From Selaginella moellendorffii (taxonomy: Eukaryota > Plantae > Lycopodiophyta), in NCBI RefSeq assembly GCF_000143415.4, contig NW_003314359.1:95477-159476 (forward strand): a stretch of DNA of 64,000 bases, read 5' to 3'. This document shows positions 34,401-47,234 of this stretch, in pieces (within the stretch, counting starts at the first letter, position 1; each line of letters opens with the position of its first letter). Made by a program: the position numbers and the translations under genes. The notes below the pieces were generated by a model. The model was not told where the DNA came from. It saw only the letters and a list, made by a program, of their open reading frames with translations, and made no database searches.

Positions 34401-37400
34401 AACTCCTTGCCAAAGGAATCCCAATGGAAATGGGAATGGCATAGCCTAAGCTGTAGAGCATGTAGTTGGAGTGTGGTGACCCAGATAATGATGGAGGTGT
34501 GGAAGCACTAGCAATGAGTTGTAGGACTTGACAGCTATGAGGCAACTAAGTGAGAGGTGCAAGATAATTGGTTAAACAGGTAGAAGGTAGCTACCCAAGC
34601 CTTCTTAATGGCATAGGGAAGTTGGATATACCCTTACGGGGGATAAGTTGCTTATGTTGCAATATAGTAAGTCAATGTCATAAAAGGAAATACTCATTGT
34701 CAAGGAAGCCGTCATTGGGACACCCGAACACTCTAGAACACCAGGAGGTGGTGTTTGATGTCGTGAGGGCAATAGATAAGGCCCAGGGGACTAAGTCCCT
34801 AGCGAATGATGGATAGAAGATGCTATCCAAATGTCCAAGGTGGCGGAGATAGGAGAAGACCATCTACTCGAATTGGACAAAGCCAAAAATGGAATTTTGG
34901 CAAGGCTAGCGATGGGCATATAAAGGCCTATAAGCAACAACGTAATCTCGGTGTGTGGGATTATAGGGTGAGCATACCTGGATTGAGGAACCACTCCCTA
35001 GGCTATCGGGTAGGTTCATCCCTAAGAATACTTGCTAAGGCATGATAGAAAGTGCAAAGCTATCCTCTTGGTCTGGAGGAGAATGACCGAAGGAAAGGTG
35101 TGAAGCCGAAAGCAAGAAGTATGGGGGTAGAACTAAACCATAGGAATCGAAGGGCATAACCAAGGTTGGTTATGCCAGCTGGGAGTGGAAAATCAAGTGG
35201 GGGCTCGAGGGTGTTGCTGCTAGCAACCGTGATGCCATGGAGAGTCTAAAATGTGGAAGTGTCCATGTTAGACTATATGGTAATTGGAAAGCTTGCTAAA
35301 AGGGAGGCCTTAACAAGCTAAGGGACAGAGTTCCTTCAAGGTTCCCAAAGATGATTCTAGGTAGCTTAGTACCTAGAAAGGCCAAGCATAAATGGTTCAA
35401 AGAATGCGCGAAACCAGAGTGGCGCAGCAGAAGCGTGGTCTTGAAGCTTGCCATGAGGCAAGGCTATCAAGGTTAGGGAAGTAGTGCCCGAGTGTTCAAA
35501 GAGAGGGCTTTGAACGAAAGTCGATGATCAAGGGCTTTCACGCTTGTGCAGGAACCATGTTACAGTGGTTGGAGGACTTGCCAAAGCGAGATTGACAAGT
35601 CAGGGGAACAAATACCCTAGTTGAAGGTGATAACTTCAAAAAGGGTGGGCCATGGGGCCAAGCATGGAGGAGTCCATGCATGATCACAGACTTGTCAAGT
35701 GAGAGGACTTGGCAATGTGGAGGAACTAGGTTCCTAAGCTGTGATCTATAGCGCGCTTTGAGTATAAGTTGGTGCACCGGTGTGGGGAGTCACGCCAGGC
35801 ATCCTGGGTGATGCCGTCCGTAGATGCATATACGGAGGTTGGGTTCGAGTCCCGACCCTCTAGTGCTTGGGTTCGAGTCCCAAATCGCTAGGGCGTGGTG
35901 ATGGTTTGGGATATGAGGACACTCATATTTCAGTAGTCATGGACTCTTAGTGAGGAGACTGGTTTGGGCACACCGCCAAGCGAGGGATGCCTCGAAGTCG
36001 TGATGCACGGTTAGATTGCTTAGAGTGAAAGCTCGGCATATCTAACTTGAACACTTTGGTGCAAAAGGCACCAAGGACGTGGTGAATGAGATGGGGACAC
36101 CCAGTCTCAGTTGCTATGGATCCTTGCGGAAGGGCTAGCTTGGGCGCACCGCCAAGTGTGGGGGATGCCCCCGGGGTTATAGTCAACAACTTAGTAAGGT
36201 CTGGAAGACCTAATTCCTATTGGTAGACCTATTAAGGGGTCAAGATGAGATCACTACGTGACTTTATGGCTAAACAAGGACAAGGTCTTTGTTTGGATTA
36301 AGGAATATAATTTCTAGTTCAAAGTGTTGATTTGAACTATTGATAAAGGTGTGGTTTGGTCAAGGTGACTAAGTGGGAAGGACACCTAAGGGAAATGAAC
36401 TACTACAATACAATGGTATTATGAGTTCAAGAAAATAGTCTCCAGAGACAAGCCTATGGGTGGGTCACAAGGTTGGGCTAGAGAGCCTAGAACAGTGGGG
36501 AGACTTACTAGGGGTGAACACCTTAGTTTGGGCAAAGCAGATCCTTTGCTGTGGAACCAAAAGAATACCTCAAGGAGGGAGGTAATGATCTTATGTTGCT
36601 TGGTGCAACAATCCAAGGATAGGAGCAAAAGATGAGTGCCCAAGATAGGGCTGTGGAATCCATTGAAAAGAATCCAAGTGGCAAAGTTAGCCAAGGAACA
36701 CTAATGTGTTTGATGCTAACAGATTACGGAAAAAGAAGTGGACTTCCAAGGACGAATTCCCAAGTGCTCCAATTTGGCAAAGGTAAGGCTCCAAGTGAGG
36801 GAGCAACTAAGGAGCCAAAAGATAGGGCCGTGGACAGCCCTAGTACAAATAATGATAAATGGAACGTAATGCCAATGGTGGCACAAAAATAGAAAAGAGG
36901 ATGAGGGTGCACTCGAGTAGAGAACTTCCTAGGAGGGGAAGTGGAGTTGCACAAAATGTGCAAGGCAAGGTGTCGGAGACACCTAGGAAATTGACTTCAA
37001 GAAGTCAAAAGTAAACGTTCCAAAGTGCAAAGGTAGATCAATGGAATCTGTGACTACTCAAGAATGAGTAGTGGAATTGAGTTAGAGAGGGTGTCTCTAA
37101 CGGGTTTAGCGAGAACTGAACCAATAAAAAGGAGCAACCCACCCCAGGTGGTCAAGTGAGCTCTAAGTTGGAGAGATTATCCTCCTTAGAGGATGGGCAA
37201 GGCATGGTGAGCCTTTGGTGTCAAACCATTGACGAATATGGAGAAGGCATGGTGAGCCTTCAATGTCAAACCATTGACAAATATTGGCTAGGTGCCAAGG
37301 ATGGAAATGCTAACACATGCGGGTGTTACTTTATAAAATGGTTTACCGTTTGATGAGGACATCGAACTTCGTCTATGGGTGGTGGAGTTGTGAGACACAA

Positions 37401-39172
37401 AACCCCTAGGCCCCAAAGTGGAGCTGGAAAGGGTGCCACGTGGTAGTGGCTGAAGCGAAAGCCCAAACGAGTGTAACACATTTGGACTAAAAGCTCTAAC
37501 TTGGAAGGTCGAGAGCGGGAGTGGAACTCCCAACAAAGTGCTCAAGGAGCGAGCACGAAGCGAGCAATAAACAAGGCTCCAAAAAGGGACCCAAAAAGGA
37601 CCAACACATGACACGTGGAAGTGTCCGAGATGGAGTCTGAGACGGACCCCAGTTGGAGTCCGAGATGGACCCGAAGTGGAGTCCGATATGGAGTCCGATA
37701 TGGAGTCCGAAGTGGAGTCCAAGATGGAGTCCGAGATGGACCCGAGATGGAGTCCGAGATGGAGTCCGAGATGGAGTCCGAGATGGACCGAGACGGAGTC
37801 TGAGATGGACCCGAGATGGAGTCCGAGATGGACCCAAGATGGAGTCCGAGATGGAGTCCGAGATGGAGTCCGAGATGGAGTTCAAGATGGAGTCCAAGGT
37901 GGACCGAGACAGAGTCCGAGATGGACCCGAGATGGAGTCCGAGATGGAGTCCGAGATGGACCCGAGATAGAGTCCGAGATGGAGTCCGAGATGGAGTCCA
38001 AGAAGGACCCGAGATGGAGTCCGAGGTTGAGACCGAGACCGGGACCGAGACTGAGACTGAGACCGAGACCGGGACCGAGACCGGGACCGAGACCGAGACC
38101 GAGGCCAAGGCTGAGATCGAGCCCGAGTCCGAGTCCGAGTCCGAGTCCGAGTCCGAGTCCAAGTTCGAGTCTGAGAAGGTGAAAGCCCAAAGCGTTCGTC
38201 TCCCAGACCCTGGGGGGTTTGGTGAGCTCCAAAAGTATAGTAAGGGGGAGGACTGCAGTGGAGCCAGTTTGGCCAGGAAGGGCCAGTTTGGCCCAGGAAG
38301 GCCAGACCCAGTGTTGGGTGATGAACTGACCACTAGGAAGTCCAAGACTAGAGTGAATACGGACCGACAAGCAGGGTAGCTTGGTGAAGTGTTTAAGAGC
38401 CAGCTCTAGTTCCCTCGGGAGATCGACTGGCCGATGCTCCCAGTCCAAGTGTGGGTGGCACTACCTACTTGGATACCAAGCGTGGCTCAACAGAACCTCA
38501 CTCTAAGCCCATGGCTAGAGCACCTAAAGGCGAAAGGCGGGGAGAGTACCCAGGTGGCTCGCGTAAGGCCATGGTGTTCCGAAATGTTGTCCCAAAAGCC
38601 CAGACTGTGGAAAAGAAGAGGAGCAGTCCTCTGAGGTAGTGACCAAGGACACAGTTGTGTGGTGAGGAAGTCCCAGAGGACCGTGGGACTTAGTGGTCGG
38701 GCCTGTAGGCCTGGATCGAGTGGCAGTGTTGGCGAACATAGCCATGGATAGAAAAGGGACTTGGTAGGAACTGACAAAGGGACTTTGGGGAAGGCTATTC
38801 CCCAGGTCTGTGGGCATCCTAAGGATGCTAAGGAGTGGATCTAGGATGACCACTCATGGATGGATAGCCCAGTCTCGGAGAGACGGGATTGTGATGCAAG
38901 TGGTATTGGACCACTAGTGTGGCAAAGGTGAATAGGCATGGCCTTAGCGTAATGGGCCGATATGTCAGTGGTACTTTTGGGTGTCGGTCTTGGGACCGGA
39001 CACGTGGAGCACTTGGATCAGGTGCAAGTGTTGAGTGGCATGGATGCCATTCTTGGGGATAGCAAGTCCCAAGTCTTGAATTGGACTTATGGAGGTTGTG
39101 AATGAAACTCCCCCAAGTGGTTAGAGGTGTGGTTAAGTGACTAAAGTAGAATGGAAAAATTAGTTGTTTACA
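31489..39172 (+). mobile_element. LTR element B (same family), inserted in the internal region of A
   Basis: LTRs 31489-33295 and 37389-39172 (TGTGAG...TTACA); PBS TGGTATCGGAGC 33299-33310 (iMet); PPT GGGTGGTGGAG just before 37389; TSD CCTCA/TCTCA. The ~4.1-kb internal region has no long ORF. Confidence 0.93.
31724..32298 (+). repeat. LTR-internal minisatellite (GAGATGGAGTCC / GAGATGGACCC, then GAGACC, then GAGTCC)
   Basis: Directly visible. Equivalent arrays lie at ~28135-28480, 37624-38175, 42035-42250, 44530-45013, 45440-45868, 47048-47653 and 53025-53617. Confidence 0.95.
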
Positions 39173-41022
39173 TCTCATCCCTTGAGACATTTAGGGTCTT
39201 CACCCCATCAGCTCCACAAACCTACTTTCATGATACTTTCCATTCATGTCTAAGTCTTTGTTAAGACTAAAGCAATCATTTCTCATACCAACTATTAGTT
39301 AGTACTACACCATGGTGTTCATACATAACTCTATGCCAAAGTTGTTTTCTTCAGAGAACACATTTCCCATGACTTTAGTATGGCATATTCTACCATCAAT
39401 GAGATACCTACTATTCTCATACTTAATCTTATGATCCTTCCCGTCCTTCATAGGATGCAACACACATTCGTCCAAATGCTTCCATCGGTCCTTTAAGACC
39501 ATTCCTTGATTCCACTTGAGTCATTTAGCTCTTTAAACTTTGCTAATTCAATGACCCATAAAGTTTTAACCTCATACTTATTTTTTATGTGTCAATTCAC
39601 TAGAATACAACTTCTTGTATTCATGTCTTACTCACAAAGACTATCTACAGCAAATGTTACTTTGACACTTAATTATTTTTCATTCCCTGTGGGTTACCTT
39701 TGCCTCTTAAGATTATTCGTCCATATGATGAGAATACCGACTCATCCTCTAAGTACACCCTGAACTCTTTTGGGTTTGTTCCAGCATTTATTAGAGGTAA
39801 TCTCACTACTATTTCAAAGACTTATGTCTTTATTCATATTTAACCTCCCACGGTCATTAATTCTAGCCTCAAATTCTTAAAAACCATCCTCAACCATATG
39901 AGGATAACTTTATGACTCCTTTATCGTCTAGGAGTTTCTATCATTCCCGTGATCCCAACTATATTTATTTACTATAACCTTATCTGCCAGTTTGCTAAGA
40001 TCCCAAAGTCATTCCTAAATTAACCCTTTTCTATCCACCACATTATCACTATGTTCACTTATGAACTAAGGTGGGGAGTCATGCCCTTTCGACATGTTAC
40101 TCCTTGAGGATAGGCCCACTTTTAGGACCTTCCAATGCCAAGACAAGTGGTGATATACTTGACCACCAATAAAAGTCGAACTAAAGAACAATTCCAATAC
40201 CAAATTGTAAGTGATTAAATTTTCCATTCTACTTTAGTCACTTAACCATATCTTTGACCACATAGAGGAGTCTCACTCACAACTTCTATAAGTCTTATTT
40301 TGAACTTGGGGACTTACTAGTCTTGAGAATGGCATTTATGCTATTCAACCTTTACACTTGGTCCAAATGCTCCATGTGTCTGATCTCATGACCAACACCC
40401 AAAGGGACCATTGACATATCAGCCCATTACACTAAAGCCATGCCCATTCACCTTTATCACACTAGTGGTCGAACACTACCTACATCACAGTCTTGTCTCC
40501 CAAAGATTGGGCCATCCGTCCATGAGTGATCATCCCTTGACCACACTTTGGCACCCTTAAGATGCTCAGAGATATAAGGAACACCCTTCCCCAATGTCCC
40601 TTCTACCGTCCTCACCAAGTCCCTCTTTATTTATGGCCGTGCTTGCCAACACCGCCACTGGGTCAAGGCCTAAAGGCCCAACCACTAAGTCCCACTATCC
40701 TCTAGGACTTTTTCACCATGTGACTATATCTTTGGTTATTATACTAGAGGACTGTTCCTCTTCCTTTCTATAGTTTAGGACTTTGGGATAACATTTCAAA
40801 ACACTATAGCCTTATGCAAGCTTTGTGGGTACTCTCCCCACCTTCCGCCTTTGGGTGCTTTAGCCATGGGGCTAAAGCGAGGTTTCGTTGAACCATGCCA
40901 GGTATCCAAGTAGTAGTGCCACCCACACTTGGATTGGGAGCATCAACCATTTGATCTCCCGGAGGAGCTAAAGTCAGCTCTTGAACACTTCACCAAGCTA
41001 CTCTACTTGTCTGTCTATATTC

Positions 41023-44000
41023 TGTAAGCGATTAAATTTTCCATTCTACTTTAGTCACTTAACCACACCTTTGACCACTTGGAGGAGTCTCATTCACAAC
41101 CTCCTTAAGTCCAATTTAGGACTTGGGACTTGCTAGCCCCGAGGATGGCATCCATGCCACTCATCCCTTGCACTTGGTCCAAGTGCTCCACCTGTCCAAT
41201 CCCAAAACCGACACCCAAAGGTACCACTGACGTATTGGCCCATTACGCTAAAGCCATGCTTATTCACCTTTGCTAGACCACATTTGCCCCACTGGTGGAC
41301 AAATACCACTTGCATCACAATCCCATCTCTCCAAGACTGGGCCGTCCGTCTACGAGTGGTCATCCTAGATCCATTCTTTAGCATCCTTACAATACCCACA
41401 GACATGGGGAATAGCCTGCCCCAACATCCCTTTGTCAGTTTCTGCCAAGTCCCTTTTCTGTCCATGGCCATATTCACCAACACTGCCACTAGATCAAGGC
41501 CCGCAGGCCCGGCCACTAAGTCCCATTGTCCTCTGGGACTTCCTCACCATGTGACCGTATCCTTGGTCTCTACACTAGAGGACGGCTCCTCCTCTTTTTC
41601 ACAGTCTGGGACTTTGGGGCAACATTTCAGAACACTGCGGCCTTATGCAAGCCTCGTGGGTACTCTCCCCGCCTTCCACCTTTGGGTGCTCTAGCCATGG
41701 GCTTAGAGCGAGGTTCTGTTGAGCCACGCCAGGTATCCAAGTAAGTAATGCCACCCACACTTGGATTGGGAGCATCGGCCAGTCGATCTCCCGGGGGAAC
41801 TAGAGCCGGCTCTTGAATACTTCACCAAGCTACCCTGCTTGTCAGTCCGTATTCACTCTAGTCTTGGACTTCCCAGTGGTCAGTTCATCACCCAACACTG
41901 GGTCTGGCCTTCCTAGGCCAAACTGGCCTTTCCTGGCCAAACTGGCTCCATTGCAGTCCTCCCCCTTACTATACTTTTGGAGCTCACCAAACCCCCCAGG
42001 GTCTAGGAGACGAATGCTTGGGGCTTTCACCCTCTCAAACTCGAACTTGGACTCGAACTCGGACTCGGACTTAGATTTGGACTTGGACTCGGACTCGGAC
42101 TCGGACTTGGGCTTGGGCTTGGTCTCGGCCTTGGCCTCAGTCTCGGTCTCAGTCCCGGTCTCGGTCTTGGTCTCGGTCCCGGTTTCGGTCTCGGTCCCGG
42201 TCTCGGTCCCGGTCTCGGTCTCAACTTCGGACTCCATCTCGGGTCTCGGGTCTCTTGCATCTTTTGCTTAGTTGCCTCATAGTTGTCAAGTCCTACAACT
42301 CATTGTTGGTGCTTCCACACCTCCATCATTGTTTTGGTCACCACACTCTACCACATGCCTTCCAGCTTAGGCTATGCCATTCCTATTTCCGTTGGGATTC
42401 CCTTGGCAAGGGGTTCTTATAAACCCACCAACATAACCTCAAGGTATCACACCTTGGCACATTTGGTGTCTCCACACCATTGGCCCCATGAGCCTATCCT
42501 TATGACACTATTTATTAATGTCTAGATCTTTGCCAAGACCAATATAGTTGTGCCTCATGCTAACTATCCGTTAGCATCGCACCATAATGTTTGTCCCCAA
42601 CTCTGGGCCAAAGTTGCTTTCTTTTGGGAACATCTTTCCCACAACTTTAGTATGGCACATTCTACTATCAATGAGATATCTCCTGTTGTTATACTTGGAT
42701 CTTATGATGCTCCTTATACCTCATGGGGCACCATACATCTTAGTCTAAATGTTTCAACCAATCCCTTAGGACCATTCCTTGACCCCATTTGAGTCATCCA
42801 GCATTTTTGGACTTCGCTAAACCAACAACTCATAAGGTCCTATTTTTTGAGGTGCCAGCTCACTCGAATACAACTTCATGTATTCATATCCTACTCATAA
42901 GTACCATCTTGCAAGTGTTACTCTAACACTTCATTATTTCCCGTTCTCTGTGGGCTGCCTTTGCCTCTTAGGACTATCCGTCCCTATGATGAGAATACCG
43001 ACTCATCCTTTGAGCACACCCCCAACTCCTTGGGTTCATTCCAGCATTATAAAAGGTAGCCCCAGCTACCATTTCGAGGGCTCTTGCCCTCATCCGTACT
43101 TGACCTCTCATGGTCATCAATTCTGGTTTCAAATTCATGAGCACCAGCCTCAACTATGTGGGGATTATCTTGTGACTCCTTTATTGTTTTGGAGTTTGCA
43201 TTTTTCCCGTGATCCCAACTATAGTTGTTTACCACAACTACCTTAGCTAGTTTGCTGAGTCAAATGCTCATCTAGATCACATCCTCAACTCTTTGAGGGA
43301 AACCTTATACCGTTCCCAAGATCCCAAAGTTGTTCCCTTACTGGCCCTTTTCCATCCACCACATTGCACACAAGTTCACACATGAACTTGAGCTCCTCTC
43401 GACATGCTACTTCTCGAGGATAGGTCCATATCTAGGACCTTCCAATTCCAATACAAGTGGTGATATACTTGGCCACCAATAAGAGTCGGACTAAGGAATA
43501 GCTCCGATACCAAGTTGTAAGGGATTAAATTTTCCATTCTACTTTAGTCACTTAACCACACCTTTGACCACTTGGAGGAGTCTCATTCACAACCTCCTTA
43601 AGTCCAATTCAGGACTTGGGACTTGCTAGCCCCGAGGATGGCATCCATGCCACTCATCCCTTGCACTTGGTCCAAGTGCTCCACCTGTCCAGTCCCAAAA
43701 CCGACACCCAAAGGTACCACTGACGTATCGGCCCATTACGCTAAAGCCATGCCTATTCACCTTTGCTAGACCACATTTGCCCCACTGGTGGACCAATACA
43801 ACTTGCATCACAATCCCATCTCTCCAAGACTGGGCCGTCCGTCTACGAGTGGTCATCCTAGATCCATTCCTTAGCATCCTTACAATGCCCACAGACATGG
43901 GGAATAGCTTGCCCCAACATCCCTTTGTCAGTTTCTGCCAAGTCCCTTTTCTGTCCATGGCCATGTTCACCAACACTACCACTAGATCAAGGCCCGCAGG

Positions 44001-44683
44001 CCCGGCCACTAAGTCCCATTGTCCTCTGGGACTTCCTCACCATGTGACCGTATCCTTGGTCTCTACACTAGAGGACGGCTCCTCCTCTTTTTCACAGTCT
44101 GGGACTTTGGGGCAACATTTCAAAACACTGCGGCCTTATGCAAGCCTTGTGGGTACTCTCCCAGCCTTCCACCTTTGGGTGCTCTAGCCATGGGCTTAGA
44201 GCGAGGTTCTGTTGAGCCACGCCAGGTATCCAAGTAAGTAGTGCCACCCACACTTGGATTGGGAGCATCAGCCAGTCGATCTCCCGGGGGAACTAGAGCC
44301 GGCTCTTGAATACTTCACCAAGCTACCCCGCTTGTCAGTCCGTATTCACTCTAGTCTTGGACTTCCTAGTGGTCAGTTCATCACCCAACACTAGGTCTGG
44401 CCTTCTTGGGCCAAACTGGCCTTTCCTGGCCAAACTGGCTCCATTGCAGTCCTCCCCCTTACTATACTTTTGGAGCTCACCAAACCCCCAGGGTCTAGGA
44501 GACGAATGCTTTGGGCTTTCACCCTCTCAGACTCTAACTCGGACTCGAACTCGGACTCGGACTTAGATTTGGACTTGGACTCGGACTCGGACTTGAACTT
44601 GGGCTTGGTCTTGGCCTCGGCCTCGGTCTCGGTCTCAGTCTCGGTCCCGGTCTTGGTCCCAATCCCGGTCTCGGTCTCGGTCC

Positions 44684-44715
<32 letters not shown>

Positions 44716-45244
44716 ACTTTGGACTCCATCTCGGGTCCATCTCGGACTCCATCTCAGACTCCATCTCGGGTCCATCTCGGACTCCATCTTGGTCCATCTC
44801 GGACTCCATCTCGGGTCCATCTCAGACTCCATCTCAGTCCATCTCGGACTCCATCTTGGGTCCATCTTGGACTCCATCTCGGTCTCCACCTCGGACTCCA
44901 TCTCGGACTCCATCTCGGACTCCACCTCAGACTCCATCTCGGACTCCGTCTCGGTCCATCTCGGACTCCATCTTGGACTCCAACTCGGGTCCATCTCGGA
45001 CTCCATCTCGGACACTTCCACGTGTCATGTGTTGGTCCTTTTGAGTCCCTTTTTGGAGCCTCGCTTATTGCTCGCTTAGTGCTTGTTCCTCGAGCACTTT
45101 GTTGGGAGTTCCACTCCCGCTCTCGACCTTTCAAGTCAGAGCTTTTAGTCCAAACGTGTTACGCTCGTTTGGCTTTCGCTTCGGCCACTACAACGTGGCA
45201 CTCTTCCGGCTCCACTTTGGAGCCTAGGGATTTTGTGTCTCACA
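41023..45244 (-). mobile_element. LTR element C (same family, internally deleted), inserted in the 5' LTR of A
   Basis: Perfect TSD TATTC (41018-41022 and 45245-45249); 5' LTR 43516-45244; PBS complement 43501-43512. The 3' LTR starting at 41023 breaks at ~42250 inside the minisatellite and joins internal sequence. Confidence 0.92.
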
Positions 45245-46043
45245 TATTCACTCTAGCCTTGGATTCCTCAATAGTTATATCATCACCTAACATATGGGTA
45301 TAGCCTTTCTTGGTCATACTGGCCTTTCTTGGCCAAACTAGCTCCACTGGAGTTCTCCCCCTACTATACTTTTGGAGCTCATCAAACCTCTTAGGGTCTG
45401 AGAGATGAATGCTTTGGGCTTTCACCCTCATACTCAGAATTGGACTCGAACTCAAACTCAAACTTGGACTCGGACTTGGACTCAGACTAGAACTTGGATT
45501 TGGACTCAATCTCGATCTCAGTATGGGACTTGGTCTCAGACTTGGTCTCGGTCTCAGTGTCTTGGTCTTGATCTTAACTTTGGACTCCATCTCGGGTCCA
45601 TCTCGGACTCCATCTCAGGTCCTTTTTGGACTCCATCTTAGACTCCATTTCAGGTCCATCTCAGACTTCATCTTGGGTTCATCTCGAACTTCATCTCGGG
45701 TCTATCTTAGACTTCATCTCGAGTCCATCTCAGACTTCATCTCAGGTTCCATCTCGGACTCCATCTTAGGTCCATCCTGGGTCCATCTTGGACTTCATCT
45801 TGGACTCCTTCTCGGTCCATCTCAGACCCTTCTTGGGTTTATCTCAAACTCCTTAGATTCCATCTTGACACTTCCACGTGTCATGTGTTGATCTTTTTAT
45901 GTCCCTTTTCTAGAGACTCATTTATTGCTTGCTTGTTTCTCAAGCACTTCATTGGGAGTTCCACTCCCACTCTCAACTATCTAAGTTGGAGCTCTTAGTC
46001 CAAACGTGTTACATTTGTTTGGGCTTCTACTTCAGCCACTACT

Positions 46044-47190
46044 TGTAAGCAACTAAATTTTTCCATTCTACTTTAGTCACTTAACCACACCTCTGACCAC
46101 TTGGAGGAGTCTCATTCACAACCCCCATAAGTCCCATTCAGGACTTGGGGCTTGCTAGCCCTGAGAATGGCATCCATGCCACTCAACCTTTGCACTTGGT
46201 CCAAGTGCTCCACGTGTCCGATCAAATGACCGACACCCAAAGGTACCACTGACATCTCGGCCCATTACGCTAAGGCCATGCCCATTCCCCTTTGCTGCGC
46301 AAATGGTCCAATACCACTTGCATCACCATCCCGTCTCTCCAAGACTGGGCCATCTGTCTACGAGGGGTCATCCTAGATCCACTCCTTAGCATCCTTAGGA
46401 TGCCCACAGACCTGGGGAATCGCCTTCCCCAAAGTCCCTTTGTCAGTTCCTACCAAGTCCCTTTCTGCCCCTGGCCGTGTTTGCCAACACTGCCACTGGA
46501 TCGAGGCCCACAGGCCCGACCACTAAGTCCCACGGTCCTCTGGGACTTCCTCACCACACGATTGTGTCCTTGGTCACTACCCCAGAGGACTGCTCCTCTT
46601 CCTTTCCACAGTCTGGGTCTTTGGGACGACATTTCGGAACACCGTGGCCTTACGCGAGCCACCTGGGTACTCTCCCCACCTATCGCCTTTAGGTGCTCTA
46701 GCCATAGGCTTAGAGCGAGGTTCCGTTGAGCCACGCCTGGTATCCAAGTAGGTAGTGCCACCCACACTTGGACTGGGAGCATCGGCCAGTCGATCTCCCG
46801 GGGGAACTAGAGCCGGCTCTTGAACACTTCACCAAGCTACCTTGCTTGTCGGTCCGTGTTCACTCTAGTCTTGGACTTCCCAGTGGGCAGCTCATCACCC
46901 AACACTGGGTCCGGCCTTCCTGGGCCAAACTGGCCTTTCCTGGCCAAACTGGCTCCACTGCAGTCCTCCCCCTTACTATACTTTTGGAGCTCACCAAACC
47001 CCCCAGGGTCTGGGAGACGAACGCTTTGGGCTTTCACCCTCTCAGGCTCCGGACTCGGACTCGGACTCGGACTCGGATTCGGATTCGGACTCGGACTCGG
47101 GCTCGGACTCGGACTCGGATTCGGATTCGGACTCGGACTCGGGCTCGGGCTCGGTCTCGGCCTCGGCCTCGGTCTCGGTCTCGGTCCCGA

Positions 47191-47234
<44 letters not shown>

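Noticed and set aside
35839-35883. A true tRNA gene or tRNA-derived SINE
   Set aside because: T-arm/B-box motifs are present, but there is no canonical D-arm/A-box, anticodon arm geometry, acceptor stem, or SINE tail and TSD. Kept only as a structural finding.
33311-37376. gag/pol coding capacity in the internal region of the nested LTR family
   Set aside because: Only short ORFs and no convincing zinc knuckle, YxDD or integrase motif. Faint resemblances may reflect ancient decay but need a profile search.
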